From contig CAWEEQ010000004.1 in assembly GCA_963808235.1 (NCBI GenBank), forward strand, positions 1,472,001 to 1,536,000: DNA of 64,000 bases, given 5' to 3'. The DNA comes from an uncultured delta proteobacterium. Lineage in GTDB: Bacteria > Desulfobacterota > Binatia > Binatales > Binataceae. The position numbers were made by a program, and so were the translations under genes. The notes under the pieces were generated by a model. The model saw nothing but the letters and a program-made list of their open reading frames with translations, was not told the DNA's origin and made no database searches. Shown in pieces: positions 52,304 through 60,867 of the stretch. The stretch's first letter is position 1; every line of letters begins with the position of its first letter.

Positions 52304-52358
52304 TCGCCTTGTCCGCCGCGCATCGCTGCGATACTTCTGTCAGTTGCCTTACCGACGC

Positions 52359-52430
52359 GCCCCGGTAGTGAAAAGGACATCACGGAGGTCTCCGGAACCT
52401 CAAGTCCGGGTTCGATTCCCGGCCGGGGCA
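52359..52430 (+). tRNA. tRNA-Arg (anticodon CCG), CCA not encoded
   Basis: Acceptor GCCCCGG/CCGGGGC; anticodon arm GAGGT-CTCCGGA-ACCTC; T arm CCGGG-TTCGATT-CCCGG. Confidence 0.95.
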
Positions 52431-52699
52431 TTATTCGGAGGATTCCTGAGCCGGGTTTTCCCGGTCTCATCGCGCCGCGAATGCCTCTGCGGCCGCCAAT
52501 TGCTCACCATACTCGAAGTAGGGTTTTCTGCCACCTCTCCCCGATGGACAAATTAGAAACCTACAGTACGTAGGTAAACTTTACTCTTTGCTTAAGCTAT
52601 GAAGTCTTTTTAGACTGCTTATCCATGTTTTAGCATCCTATTATTCTCACGACAAGTCTAGTCTTGCTTTAAGACCAGATAAGAGTCATAAACGTTCGC

Positions 52700-53365
52700 A
52701 TGAAAATCGATCCGCGAGAGCAAGTGGTCGCTCCTGATCTCGAAAAACGCGAGATATGGGATCAATTTCGCAACGACCACGAACTAATCGACCGGCTTAA
52801 AATAAGCGCGCAGGAACTCGAAACGCTCTCTCGATGCGCCCTGCTCGGCACGCTGACCTGCAAGCAGGATTTGCTTTTCATCCTGCGCCAGATTCGTGAG
52901 GCAACTACCCCGGGGGCTCCACCGACCGTGTTCGCGGCACCGGCCTCGGCGTCCGGTGCCGCGTACGACTCAATCGATCAAACCGCGCCGCCGGATTTGA
53001 GCCGAATCCGCGTTCACCTCGCCACTCCCGCCGCGGCGGTTTCCGTCGAATCGGCTTCGCACGCGCGTGTAACCCGGGGGCGGGTCCGCGAGCATTTTGG
53101 CGTGACATTCTGGGTGGTGATTCTGGCCGCGGGCCTGGTGTGGAATTTCGCGATCGCAATCTCGCGCTGGCGCGACGGCTTTCTTGCCAAGGTAGTTGCA
53201 CCCGCCACTTCTGCTCCTGCGGAGTCGCCCGCGTGGTTCGCGCGAGTCGACGAGTTCAAGATGCTGATCGGCTGGGAAATTTTGTTCTTGCTGGGCGTGT
53301 CCGTGGTGATCTACCTTCTGGCCTCACGCAAGCGTCCGCGCCGACTCAAAGTCAAACCGCTCTGA
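52700..53365 (+). CDS. Hypothetical membrane protein (helical N-terminus, Pro/Ala linker, 2 TM)
   Basis: 221-aa ORF after an AT-rich promoter region; two TM segments; basic C-terminal tail. Confidence 0.7.
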   Translation: MKIDPREQVVAPDLEKREIWDQFRNDHELIDRLKISAQELETLSRCALLGTLTCKQDLLFILRQIREATTPGAPPTVFAAPASASGAAYDSIDQTAPPDLSRIRVHLATPAAAVSVESASHARVTRGRVREHFGVTFWVVILAAGLVWNFAIAISRWRDGFLAKVVAPATSAPAESPAWFARVDEFKMLIGWEILFLLGVSVVIYLLASRKRPRRLKVKPL

Positions 53366-53510
53366 GCCGACGCCGCACGTCTACCAGTTAAAGGTTAAAA
53401 GCTAAATCGTTTTCGCCTGACGCCCTTACCCGAGGCTCTTCGCAGCATCGTTTGCGATGGGCGCGCCGACTGCGATATCAAAAGCTTCACGAGTCTCGAG
53501 GCACACCTCG

Positions 53511-54311
53511 ATGGAATATCGAATCACGCCGGGCCGATTGCCGATTGGCCAGTTCTCGCTCTACTACGAGCGCGTCGGCGCCGGCCCGCCGATTGTCTTT
53601 CTGCACGGTCTCGGCGGTAACCATCTATCGTGGTGGCAGCAGGTCCCCTACTTCATGCGCTCGTTTGAGTGCGTCACGGTTGACCAGCGGAGCTTCGGCC
53701 TCTCGCCCGATCCCGAGGGTCTGTTCAACCGCGCCCATTCGACCGACTTGGGCGCTCTGCTCGACCATCTGAAGATCGAGCGGTGTGTGTTGATCGGACA
53801 ATCGATGGGTGGATGGACGATCGTGGGTTACGCACTCGAGCATCCCGAGCGCGTCGCTGCGATGGTGATGGCGGACACGCCGGGCGGCATCTTCACGCCG
53901 GAAATGAATTTCCAGCGGAGCGCGCCGCTCCCCGCCGATCCAAACCCGCCGATCGGATCGTTGCCAACCTATGCGGCCGACTATTTCGCACGGCGTCCCG
54001 AGCTTGCGTTTCTGTACGAAGAAATCCGCATCCATGGCGCGCGTCCACCGGCCGACGCCGGTCTGCGCCTGTTCGGCCAGCGCTACGATCTCGCCGCAGT
54101 GAAGAAACGCCTCACGATGCCGATTCTGTGCCTGGTCGGCGAGGAGGACACCCTCATCAGGCCGGAGATCGTCCGCGCGCTTGCGTCGGCGCTGCCCGAT
54201 GCCCGGATGCGAACTGTCCCCGGTTCCGGGCATTCGATTTATTTCGAGAATCCCGCCGTTTTCAATCAACTGGTGCGCGATTTCATGATTGAAGTCGGTT
54301 ATCCACGCTAA
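53511..54311 (+). CDS. Alpha/beta hydrolase
   Basis: FLHGLGG, GQSMGG, GEED, GHSIYFE. Confidence 0.9.
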   Translation: MEYRITPGRLPIGQFSLYYERVGAGPPIVFLHGLGGNHLSWWQQVPYFMRSFECVTVDQRSFGLSPDPEGLFNRAHSTDLGALLDHLKIERCVLIGQSMGGWTIVGYALEHPERVAAMVMADTPGGIFTPEMNFQRSAPLPADPNPPIGSLPTYAADYFARRPELAFLYEEIRIHGARPPADAGLRLFGQRYDLAAVKKRLTMPILCLVGEEDTLIRPEIVRALASALPDARMRTVPGSGHSIYFENPAVFNQLVRDFMIEVGYPR

Positions 54312-54403
54312 ATCGCCTCTGAATCGCCAACCTGCGCCGACCGAATTCCGTCAAGTTCGTCGAATTGCCTTGCAGACGACGCTGGCGTATATTCCGCTCG
54401 TCT

Positions 54404-54658
54404 ATGAATCCTTTCATAGAGAGACTGTCGGCTGCCGTGATGGCCGTCGGACCAGCCGCACAGCCTGTTCAATCAGACGCGTGGTACATGCGAATCACGC
54501 GAATCAACGACTACGAGATCTTGCTCGGCTGGGAAGTTTTGTTTGTGGTAGGCGTGTCTGCGGCGTTCTTCATCCTGTCCTCACGCAGGCGCGGCGTTGA
54601 CTCGCCGACAAAGCGCTCTAAGCCAACTCCCCCCGCATCTACAGACTCTCGCGCCTGA
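54404..54658 (+). CDS. Small membrane protein paralogous to the C-terminus of 52700..53365
   Basis: AWY…INDYEILLGWEVLFVVGVS…SSRRR versus AWF…VDEFKMLIGWEILFLLGVS…ASRKR. Confidence 0.65.
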   Translation: MNPFIERLSAAVMAVGPAAQPVQSDAWYMRITRINDYEILLGWEVLFVVGVSAAFFILSSRRRGVDSPTKRSKPTPPASTDSRA

Positions 54659-54757
54659 CGCTGAATCGCCCCGATCGGCAACCTGTGCCGTGAAACTAAA
54701 TTCTGCCAAATTCGTCGAATTGGCAGGTAGAAGATAACGGCATATACTCACCTTGCT

Positions 54758-55618
54758 ATGAATCTCATCATAAAGGGGTTGTCCGCGGTCGTGCTGACCG
54801 TGGCGATGTCCGCGTTGGCTGCGTGTACGCCGATCCAGAATTCGTTCGGAACGGCCGATCCAACCAATCCCGCTTCGCAAATGGGATCCTCCAACGGGTT
54901 TGGATCGAATTCCACGATGCCGACTCCTTCCAGCGCAGGCACCGTGGTCGGCGGCGTTGTCGATTCACCCTCGAGCCAGGGACTCTCCGATTATTTGAAG
55001 CATCACCAATTGCCGTTGGTCGGCGCCCAGGTTGTCACCAGTTCGAGCGGCGGCCGCCAGGTTATCCTGTTCGGCTTTGTCGCGAGCGACTTCGGCAAGA
55101 CCGACGCCGAGCAGAAGGCTCGCCACTACCTGAAAGATCAATCGGTGGTCGTGGACAACCGGATAAAGATCAGCCCCGATCTGGCTGGCGCGGGCGGCAG
55201 CGCGGGATCGACCGTAAACGGTGTACCTTCAGCGAATGCGATGCCGTCGGATGGAACCGATCCGTACGCGGGCTCCGGTTCTATCCAGGACTACCAGAAC
55301 AACCAGCCCCCGGCCTTCGCCTCTCAATCCCAGCAGTACCAGCAGTACGGCAGCACCGGCGGCTCACCCAGCATGCTGACGACGATTATTCCGCTGATCG
55401 GAATGCTTGGCGGCGGATCGATCGGCGGCAGCAGTATGGGCGGAAGTTTCGGCGGATTCGGCGGCGGCGGATTCGGTGGTGGCTCCCCGGGCTTCGGAGG
55501 ATTCGGCGGTTCGCCAGGCTATGGCGGCGGCTACGGTGGCGGAGGTTACGGTGGCTATCCTTCGTATCCACCACCAACATCGCCATACGGTGGCGGCGCG
55601 CCCGCGTTTTCGTTCTGA
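54758..55618 (+). CDS. Lipoprotein with a BON-like domain and a Gly/Tyr/Phe-rich tail
   Basis: Lipobox LAAC; VILFGFV…VVDNRIKI; GGFGG/GGYGG repeats. Confidence 0.7.
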   Translation: MNLIIKGLSAVVLTVAMSALAACTPIQNSFGTADPTNPASQMGSSNGFGSNSTMPTPSSAGTVVGGVVDSPSSQGLSDYLKHHQLPLVGAQVVTSSSGGRQVILFGFVASDFGKTDAEQKARHYLKDQSVVVDNRIKISPDLAGAGGSAGSTVNGVPSANAMPSDGTDPYAGSGSIQDYQNNQPPAFASQSQQYQQYGSTGGSPSMLTTIIPLIGMLGGGSIGGSSMGGSFGGFGGGGFGGGSPGFGGFGGSPGYGGGYGGGGYGGYPSYPPPTSPYGGGAPAFSF

Positions 55619-55625
55619 TCGCGAA

Positions 55626-56384
55626 CTAGTGCGCGAGCTTGAATCGCTCGCCGAGAAAGACCTGCCGCACCTGCTCGCTCGCAACAATGTCCCTCGGCTC
55701 CCCGTCAAACAGGATCTTGCCGGCGTGAATTATGTAAGCGCGATCGATTATCGAGAGCGTCGCTTGCACGTTGTGATCTGACATCAGCACGCCAATCCCC
55801 CGCTCCTTCAGGTACGTGACCACCCGCTGAATCTCGACCACGGTTATCGGATCGATTCCGGCGAACGGCTCATCCAGACACAGATAGACCGGATCGAGCA
55901 CCAGCGCGCGGGTGATCTCGACCCGGCGCCGCTCGCCGCCCGACAACACGCCCGCCTTCGCCTTCGCGAGCTTCGCGATTCCAAGTTCGTCGAGCAGAGA
56001 TTGCAAGCGTGCGCGGCGCTCTTCGTCGGTGAGCGGCAACGTCTCCAGCACCGCGAGCAGATTCTCCTCGACGGTCAGCTTGCGGAACACGCTGGGCTCC
56101 TGTGGCAGGTAGGAGATTCCCCGCCGCGCGCGCTGATAGAGCGGCAGCGTCGTGATGTCCTCCTCGCCGAATACGACCCGCCCCTTGTCGGGCTTCAGCA
56201 GTCCCACCAGCATGTAGAAGGTCGTCGTCTTGCCGGCGCCATTGGGCCCCAGAAATCCAACCACTTCGCCCGGCTTGACGTTCACGTCGACGTTGTCGAC
56301 GACCGCGCGCCCGCCATAGACCTTGGTCAGTCCCTCGCCACGCAGCGACTGCGCGGACGCCGCTTGAACAGGCGCGCCATTCAC
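55626..56384 (-). CDS. lptB: LPS export ABC ATPase LptB
   Basis: GPNGAGKTTTFY, YLPQEPSVFRKL, LSGGERRR, DEPFAGIDP, LGERF. Confidence 0.93.
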   Translation of the reverse strand: MNGAPVQAASAQSLRGEGLTKVYGGRAVVDNVDVNVKPGEVVGFLGPNGAGKTTTFYMLVGLLKPDKGRVVFGEEDITTLPLYQRARRGISYLPQEPSVFRKLTVEENLLAVLETLPLTDEERRARLQSLLDELGIAKLAKAKAGVLSGGERRRVEITRALVLDPVYLCLDEPFAGIDPITVVEIQRVVTYLKERGIGVLMSDHNVQATLSIIDRAYIIHAGKILFDGEPRDIVASEQVRQVFLGERFKLAH

Positions 56385-56504
56385 TTCGCCGGATTTTAAA
56401 TTTTTCGCTATTGCCACAACAAAAGCCGTTCGACCCAATTCCCCTAGAACTTATCGGCTTTGCGCAAGATATGAAACGTTCCGCCGTGATCGGCAATCTG
56501 CCGA

Positions 56505-57173
56505 TTACGAATTTGCGGTCTGCGGCGACTGCATTCCCGAAAGCATCCCGATGAGCAGCATGACGGTGACATCCGCCGCGCCGAGAGCCGCGCGATTCCA
56601 CTCTATACCGCCGGCGGGAAGCATCACGCCCTCGCCAGGCTCGAGGATGACGCGAATTCGCGCCGATTGCGCGCCGGACTCCGCGCCGAGAAACACTGCG
56701 GCGTTCTCGTCGCCGAGGTTGATACACGCGAGCGTCGTACCGACGCCCGCGCTGAATCGCGTCGCTCGGCTCGATTGCAGCACAACCGCTCCATCGTTCT
56801 CAGCGACTCCCGTTTGCCCGCCGTCGGAGACGATCACCTCCATCACGGCATCCGAGGGGAGCAACCAGTTTTTGTAATCGAAATAGGCCGCCACCTCACG
56901 CGCATACCCTTCGAATCCGGCGGATATGTTGCTCGGATTATCGTCGCCCGATTCGGCGAGACTCCACCATCGCTTCAACAGATGCCTTGGTATCGCGATC
57001 ACTGACACATCGGTAGGCAACGACGCTCCGTCGTCGGAACATGATGCCGCGAGCTCGCTCGCGTCGGCGGGGCGCCATCCGGTCGGTCCTGGCACCTGCA
57101 CTCTTTCAGCCAGAGTCAGCCGGCTCTGATATCGAGCCGCGTGGCGTATTCGACAAGCCGGCGCAACCTTCAT
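56505..57173 (-). CDS. Hypothetical protein co-oriented with the rSAM; possible cupin/DSBH fold
   Basis: Starts 20 nt after the rSAM stop; CINLGDE…RVILEPGEGVMLP pattern. Confidence 0.55.
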   Translation of the reverse strand: MKVAPACRIRHAARYQSRLTLAERVQVPGPTGWRPADASELAASCSDDGASLPTDVSVIAIPRHLLKRWWSLAESGDDNPSNISAGFEGYAREVAAYFDYKNWLLPSDAVMEVIVSDGGQTGVAENDGAVVLQSSRATRFSAGVGTTLACINLGDENAAVFLGAESGAQSARIRVILEPGEGVMLPAGGIEWNRAALGAADVTVMLLIGMLSGMQSPQTANS

Positions 57174-57192
57174 CGACCTAAGCGAGTCGAAT

Positions 57193-58357
57193 TCAGGTGA
57201 CGACCGCTGCGTCGCCGCTTGGATGCCGTAGTCGTGCGACAATCACGTCGACCAGCACTTTGCGATTGAGGCGGCAGAACATGGTCTCGGTGGAATCGAA
57301 CGAGCCATTCTCGAAGTACTTATTCACCGGCGCGCCGCCGCCGCACAAGCCGTAGTACTCACATGTGTCGCGGCACTTGCTCAGCCCGCGTGCAATATCA
57401 GTACTCATATGCCGGAACTTGTCGCCATTGATCGCTGTGGCGAGTGTATCCGTCTTCACGTTGCCTATAGCGAAGTCGCCGTAGTGACTACTCTTGAGTC
57501 CAAGCAGCTCGGGCGAGTAGGTAGTGAAGTTGCCTTCGCAGTCGATACTGAGTATCGCACCAGGCGCGTTTTCCTGCGTCAGAGGAACATCGTCTGAGCC
57601 GGCGCCAAGAATCAGCGGAACCATCGAATCGAACTCGCGCACGCTCATGGCCAGGTCGTCGCGCGCGACCAGATCGAAGAATCTTCCGATGAAGCGTCCG
57701 AATCTATTTTCGATTCCCGCCGCGCCGAGTGTCGACGAGGCGTGCGGTCCTTCGATCTCTTCGATATTGAACGCGACCTCCCGGAACGTCGTTCTCCAGG
57801 TAGAAGTCATAGAGTTCGTCCGCGTAATCGAGCGACTCGCCGGTAAGCACGGAGATTACGTGGAAGGGCACCTTGTTGCTCTGCAGTTTTCGGATCCCCG
57901 CCATCACGCGATGATGAGTCGCGCCGCCCTTGCGGGTCTTTCGATAGCGATCGTGAAGAAACGCCGGCCCGTCAACGCTGACTCCGACGTTGACGCCATG
58001 CGCGTTGAAAAAATCGCACCATGCGTCGTCGATCAGAACGCCGTTGGTCTGAAACGAGTGACGCACCTGCGCGCCGTCCGGATTGTGATTGGCGATAATC
58101 CCGATCGCGGTTTCGTAGTAGCCGACCGGCAGGACCATCGGTTCTCCCGCGTGCCAGACCACGGTGAAGCCCTGCTCGACGATTCCGCTTTCGAAGACGA
58201 ATTGAAAAACGCGCTTCAGCGTCGCTTCCGACATTCGGCGCGTAGAGTCGCGATCGGGCAGGTAGCAGTACGAGCAGTCGAGATTACAGAACGGAGTCGG
58301 CTGCAGAACTAGTAACTCGAGTGGCCCAGCGATTCGCCATCTATTGACCGCGGCCAT
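57193..58357 (-). CDS. grrM: GrrM/OscB-type cyclophane-forming radical SAM/SPASM peptide maturase, frameshift near 57785
   Basis: LVLQPTPFCNLDCSYCYLP, WHAGEP, QTNG, SVDGP, FNIEE, YSPEL, CRDTCEYYGLCGGGAPVNKYFENG…TETMFC. Confidence 0.9.
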
Positions 58358-58426
58358 CTTCAATTCTGCCCGACGCGCGCTCGCGGCGTCCGAGGCGGCG
58401 CTACTTCGAGTCCGCGACTTGAAAAC

Positions 58427-58753
58427 TTACCAATTGCGCCAGTTATGCCAGTTGTGCCAGTTCGGCCAGCCCCATCCGCGCCATCCACCGTTGCGCCAAT
58501 TGCGCCACCATGCGAGCTGCACGGTTGAGTCGCCTTGCTTGATCAGGTTGGCGTTGGCGTCTTGAGCCTGAGGGCGCACCTTCTCGACGCGTTGCTTGAG
58601 ACTGTCCGTGGGATTGCTGTCCGCGACGTTGGCGCCCGCAGGGAGCGCACTCAGGATCGTAGTCGCGAGCACGATCGTGCTGGCGCTAGTGCCGATGATC
58701 GCGCGGAGACGTTCTTTAAGTTTTTGTCGATTCGCGGGCTGGTCGGATTTCAC
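58427..58753 (-). CDS. GrrA/OscA-type triceptide RiPP precursor (108 aa)
   Basis: RBS AAGGAGGA then GTG; core WWRNWRNGGWRGWGWPNWHNWHNWRNW*; directly upstream of the rSAM. Confidence 0.9.
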   Translation of the reverse strand: MKSDQPANRQKLKERLRAIIGTSASTIVLATTILSALPAGANVADSNPTDSLKQRVEKVRPQAQDANANLIKQGDSTVQLAWWRNWRNGGWRGWGWPNWHNWHNWRNW

Positions 58754-59024
58754 CGGTTCCTCCTTCAGGAAACTCACTCCAGATTGGATCGGCCGATCGT
58801 CAAAAATCCTTATACCGTCACTAAGTTGAGTACGATTCCTTGAGTCCGATGTCAATCAAGTCCGGATGTCACCATGCTGCATCGTTCCGCGCGTGACCTA
58901 TCTTAAGTTACGCACGCAACCTTGTATCGGTTACGGTTGACTTGGATAATTTTTTTTCAGTAGGATTTTTGCGCGGTTCAACCACTCTGCCTGCGACCGC
59001 CTGCGTCGCACTGGAGGCCTCGTC

Positions 59025-59669
59025 ATGCGATTTCGGCCCACTCTTTCAGCGGTAATCCTCGTCTCAAGTCTGCTCGGCGCCAGTCCCTTCCTGATGGCTG
59101 CCGATGAGCATCCTCCGGAGCCGGCAAATCCGGAATACGCGCAATGGTCTCACTTCAAACCCGGCAGCTACGTCACCCTCGAGCGAAAAGTACTCGAACA
59201 CCGCGAGAGTAATCCGGGTGTCGTCGAGGCGATGGCGCATCCGCCGGGCGCCGCCGTCATGCGCATCAGCAGCAAGTTGGTCGATCTCGACAAGGACAAA
59301 GCCGTTCTCGAGGAGACCAGGATCGATCTCGGCGACGGCAGCGAAACCGAGATGCCTCCCGACAAGGTGACGCTCTTCGCCAGTGGCTCGGTCAGCGATG
59401 CGACCGATTCACTGATGGAGGCGCCGGCGAAGCAGGAAGACGTCAAGGCGACCGAGGGCGACGAAGAAGTGTCCGTACACGGAAACAAGATCAAGGCGCA
59501 CTGGGTCGAGACCTCGGTCAAGACCGGCTCCGAAGTATCCACCTCGAAGGACTGGCTGTCGGATGACATTCCCGGCGGCCTGATCAAGGAAGAGGTCAAG
59601 AAAACTATCGGTGGGAAGCTGGTGCTGGAATCGGTGACCAAGGTGATCGATTACAAATCCGCTTCCTGA
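59025..59669 (+). CDS. Secreted beta-rich hypothetical protein
   Basis: GGAGG RBS, signal peptide, W-x-x-FKPG, WLSDDIPGGLIK. Confidence 0.75.
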   Translation: MRFRPTLSAVILVSSLLGASPFLMAADEHPPEPANPEYAQWSHFKPGSYVTLERKVLEHRESNPGVVEAMAHPPGAAVMRISSKLVDLDKDKAVLEETRIDLGDGSETEMPPDKVTLFASGSVSDATDSLMEAPAKQEDVKATEGDEEVSVHGNKIKAHWVETSVKTGSEVSTSKDWLSDDIPGGLIKEEVKKTIGGKLVLESVTKVIDYKSAS

Positions 59670-59697
59670 TCATTTAGCGGCGAACACTGAGCGAATC

Positions 59698-59735
59698 AGC
59701 CGGCAGGGATCGAAATCACTGCCGGCTCTTTCTTT
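59698..59735 (+). terminator. Intrinsic terminator
   Basis: AGCCGGCAG…CTGCCGGCT stem followed by CTTTCTTT. Confidence 0.7.
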
Positions 59736-59776
59736 GGCCGCTTTGCGCAATGGCTGCGGGATGCTACCCCTCTAAC

Positions 59777-60055
59777 GTGGCCGACGAATTCGACAGCGAA
59801 CGGTTCCCGGGGAACTTCTACCAGGGGATGATCCTCAAGCTCGATCGCTCGCGCGGACGCGGCGTGGTGCGATCGCATAGCGGCAAGGAGATCCCGTTTG
59901 AATTTCCGTTCGTGGCCGTGCTCGGCGCCGGAATCGGCGGCAACATGCCCGGAATCGATCTGCTCCGCGAAGGCGACATCATCGGCTTCGACGTCGGATG
60001 GACCTCGAAGGGCCTGCGCGTGACGACGATCCACCCGCGCGCCAGTGCGCAATAG
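59777..60055 (+). CDS. Small OB-fold/cold-shock-like protein
   Basis: YQGMILKL…RGRGVV…LREGDIIGFDVGWTSKGLRVT resembles the cold-shock domain pattern. Confidence 0.6.
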   Translation: MADEFDSERFPGNFYQGMILKLDRSRGRGVVRSHSGKEIPFEFPFVAVLGAGIGGNMPGIDLLREGDIIGFDVGWTSKGLRVTTIHPRASAQ

Positions 60056-60061
60056 CGCGGC

Positions 60062-60823
60062 TTATTTCCCCTTCCAGTTCGGCGAACGCTTTTCGGCAAA
60101 AGCCAGGGCACCCTCTTTTGCGTCTTCAGTTTTGGTCAGGGATTCGTAGCGATCGTGTTCGAGCTTGAGTCCTTCAGCGAGGGGAAGATCGAGTCCGCGC
60201 AATGCAACCTCCTTGATTCCCCGCACCGCAAGCGGCGCGCTTTTGCAAATCTCAGATGCGATTTCCTCGCATCGCGGAATCAGCTCAGACATCGATACCA
60301 CGTAGTCAACCAGACCGAGGCGCAGCGCCTCCTGTGCGTCGATTCGCTTGCCCGTGTACAGCATCTCCAGCGCGCGGCCCAGCGGAATAAGACGGGGAAG
60401 ACGCTGCGTGCCACCGCCGCCCGGCAGCCAGCCGAGGCGGACTTCGCCAAGACCGAATTGCGCGTGATGCGCCGCGACTCTGATATCGCAGGCTAGCGCT
60501 TGTTCCAGGCCGCCTCCGTTGGCGTGACCGTTGATCGCGGCAATTATCGGTTTGGTCAGCTCGAGCATCACCGGATACGGAGTCTTCGCGCCTTCCGCGC
60601 CGCGCCGTTCGACGTAGTTGGATTTGATATCGCTGCCGGCGCAGAAGGCGCGCTCCCCCGCGCCGGTAAAGATTGCGACGCGCAAGTGAGGGTCGTCGCG
60701 AAACTCCGACCAGATTTCGGCCAGCCGCGTGTAAGTTTCGAAGTCGCAGGCGTTGAGTCTTTCCGGCCGGTTGATCGTGACGTACGCGACCGGACCTTTC
60801 TTCTCGAAGATTACTTTCATCAT
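60062..60823 (-). CDS. Enoyl-CoA hydratase family protein
   Basis: AFCAGSD, INGHANGGGLE, PGGGGTQRL. Confidence 0.92.
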   Translation of the reverse strand: MMKVIFEKKGPVAYVTINRPERLNACDFETYTRLAEIWSEFRDDPHLRVAIFTGAGERAFCAGSDIKSNYVERRGAEGAKTPYPVMLELTKPIIAAINGHANGGGLEQALACDIRVAAHHAQFGLGEVRLGWLPGGGGTQRLPRLIPLGRALEMLYTGKRIDAQEALRLGLVDYVVSMSELIPRCEEIASEICKSAPLAVRGIKEVALRGLDLPLAEGLKLEHDRYESLTKTEDAKEGALAFAEKRSPNWKGK

Positions 60824-60867
60824 CGAAGCTTTACCGGCACGCGTTACCGGATGTCAAAAAAATCCGG

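Noticed and set aside
52359-52700. tRNA-Arg as the attachment site of an integrative island
   Set aside because: No integrase nearby, and I did not see a duplicated tRNA 3' end in the window.
57704-57810. Programmed frameshift or real split of the rSAM gene
   Set aside because: No slippery heptamer is evident, and similar one-base breaks occur throughout the window.
58430-58510. 9-bp periodic repeats (CCAGTTxxG-like) as a possible CRISPR or DNA repeat
   Set aside because: Explained by the W-x-N codon repeats of the precursor; no spacers or cas genes. No CRISPR array was seen in the window.
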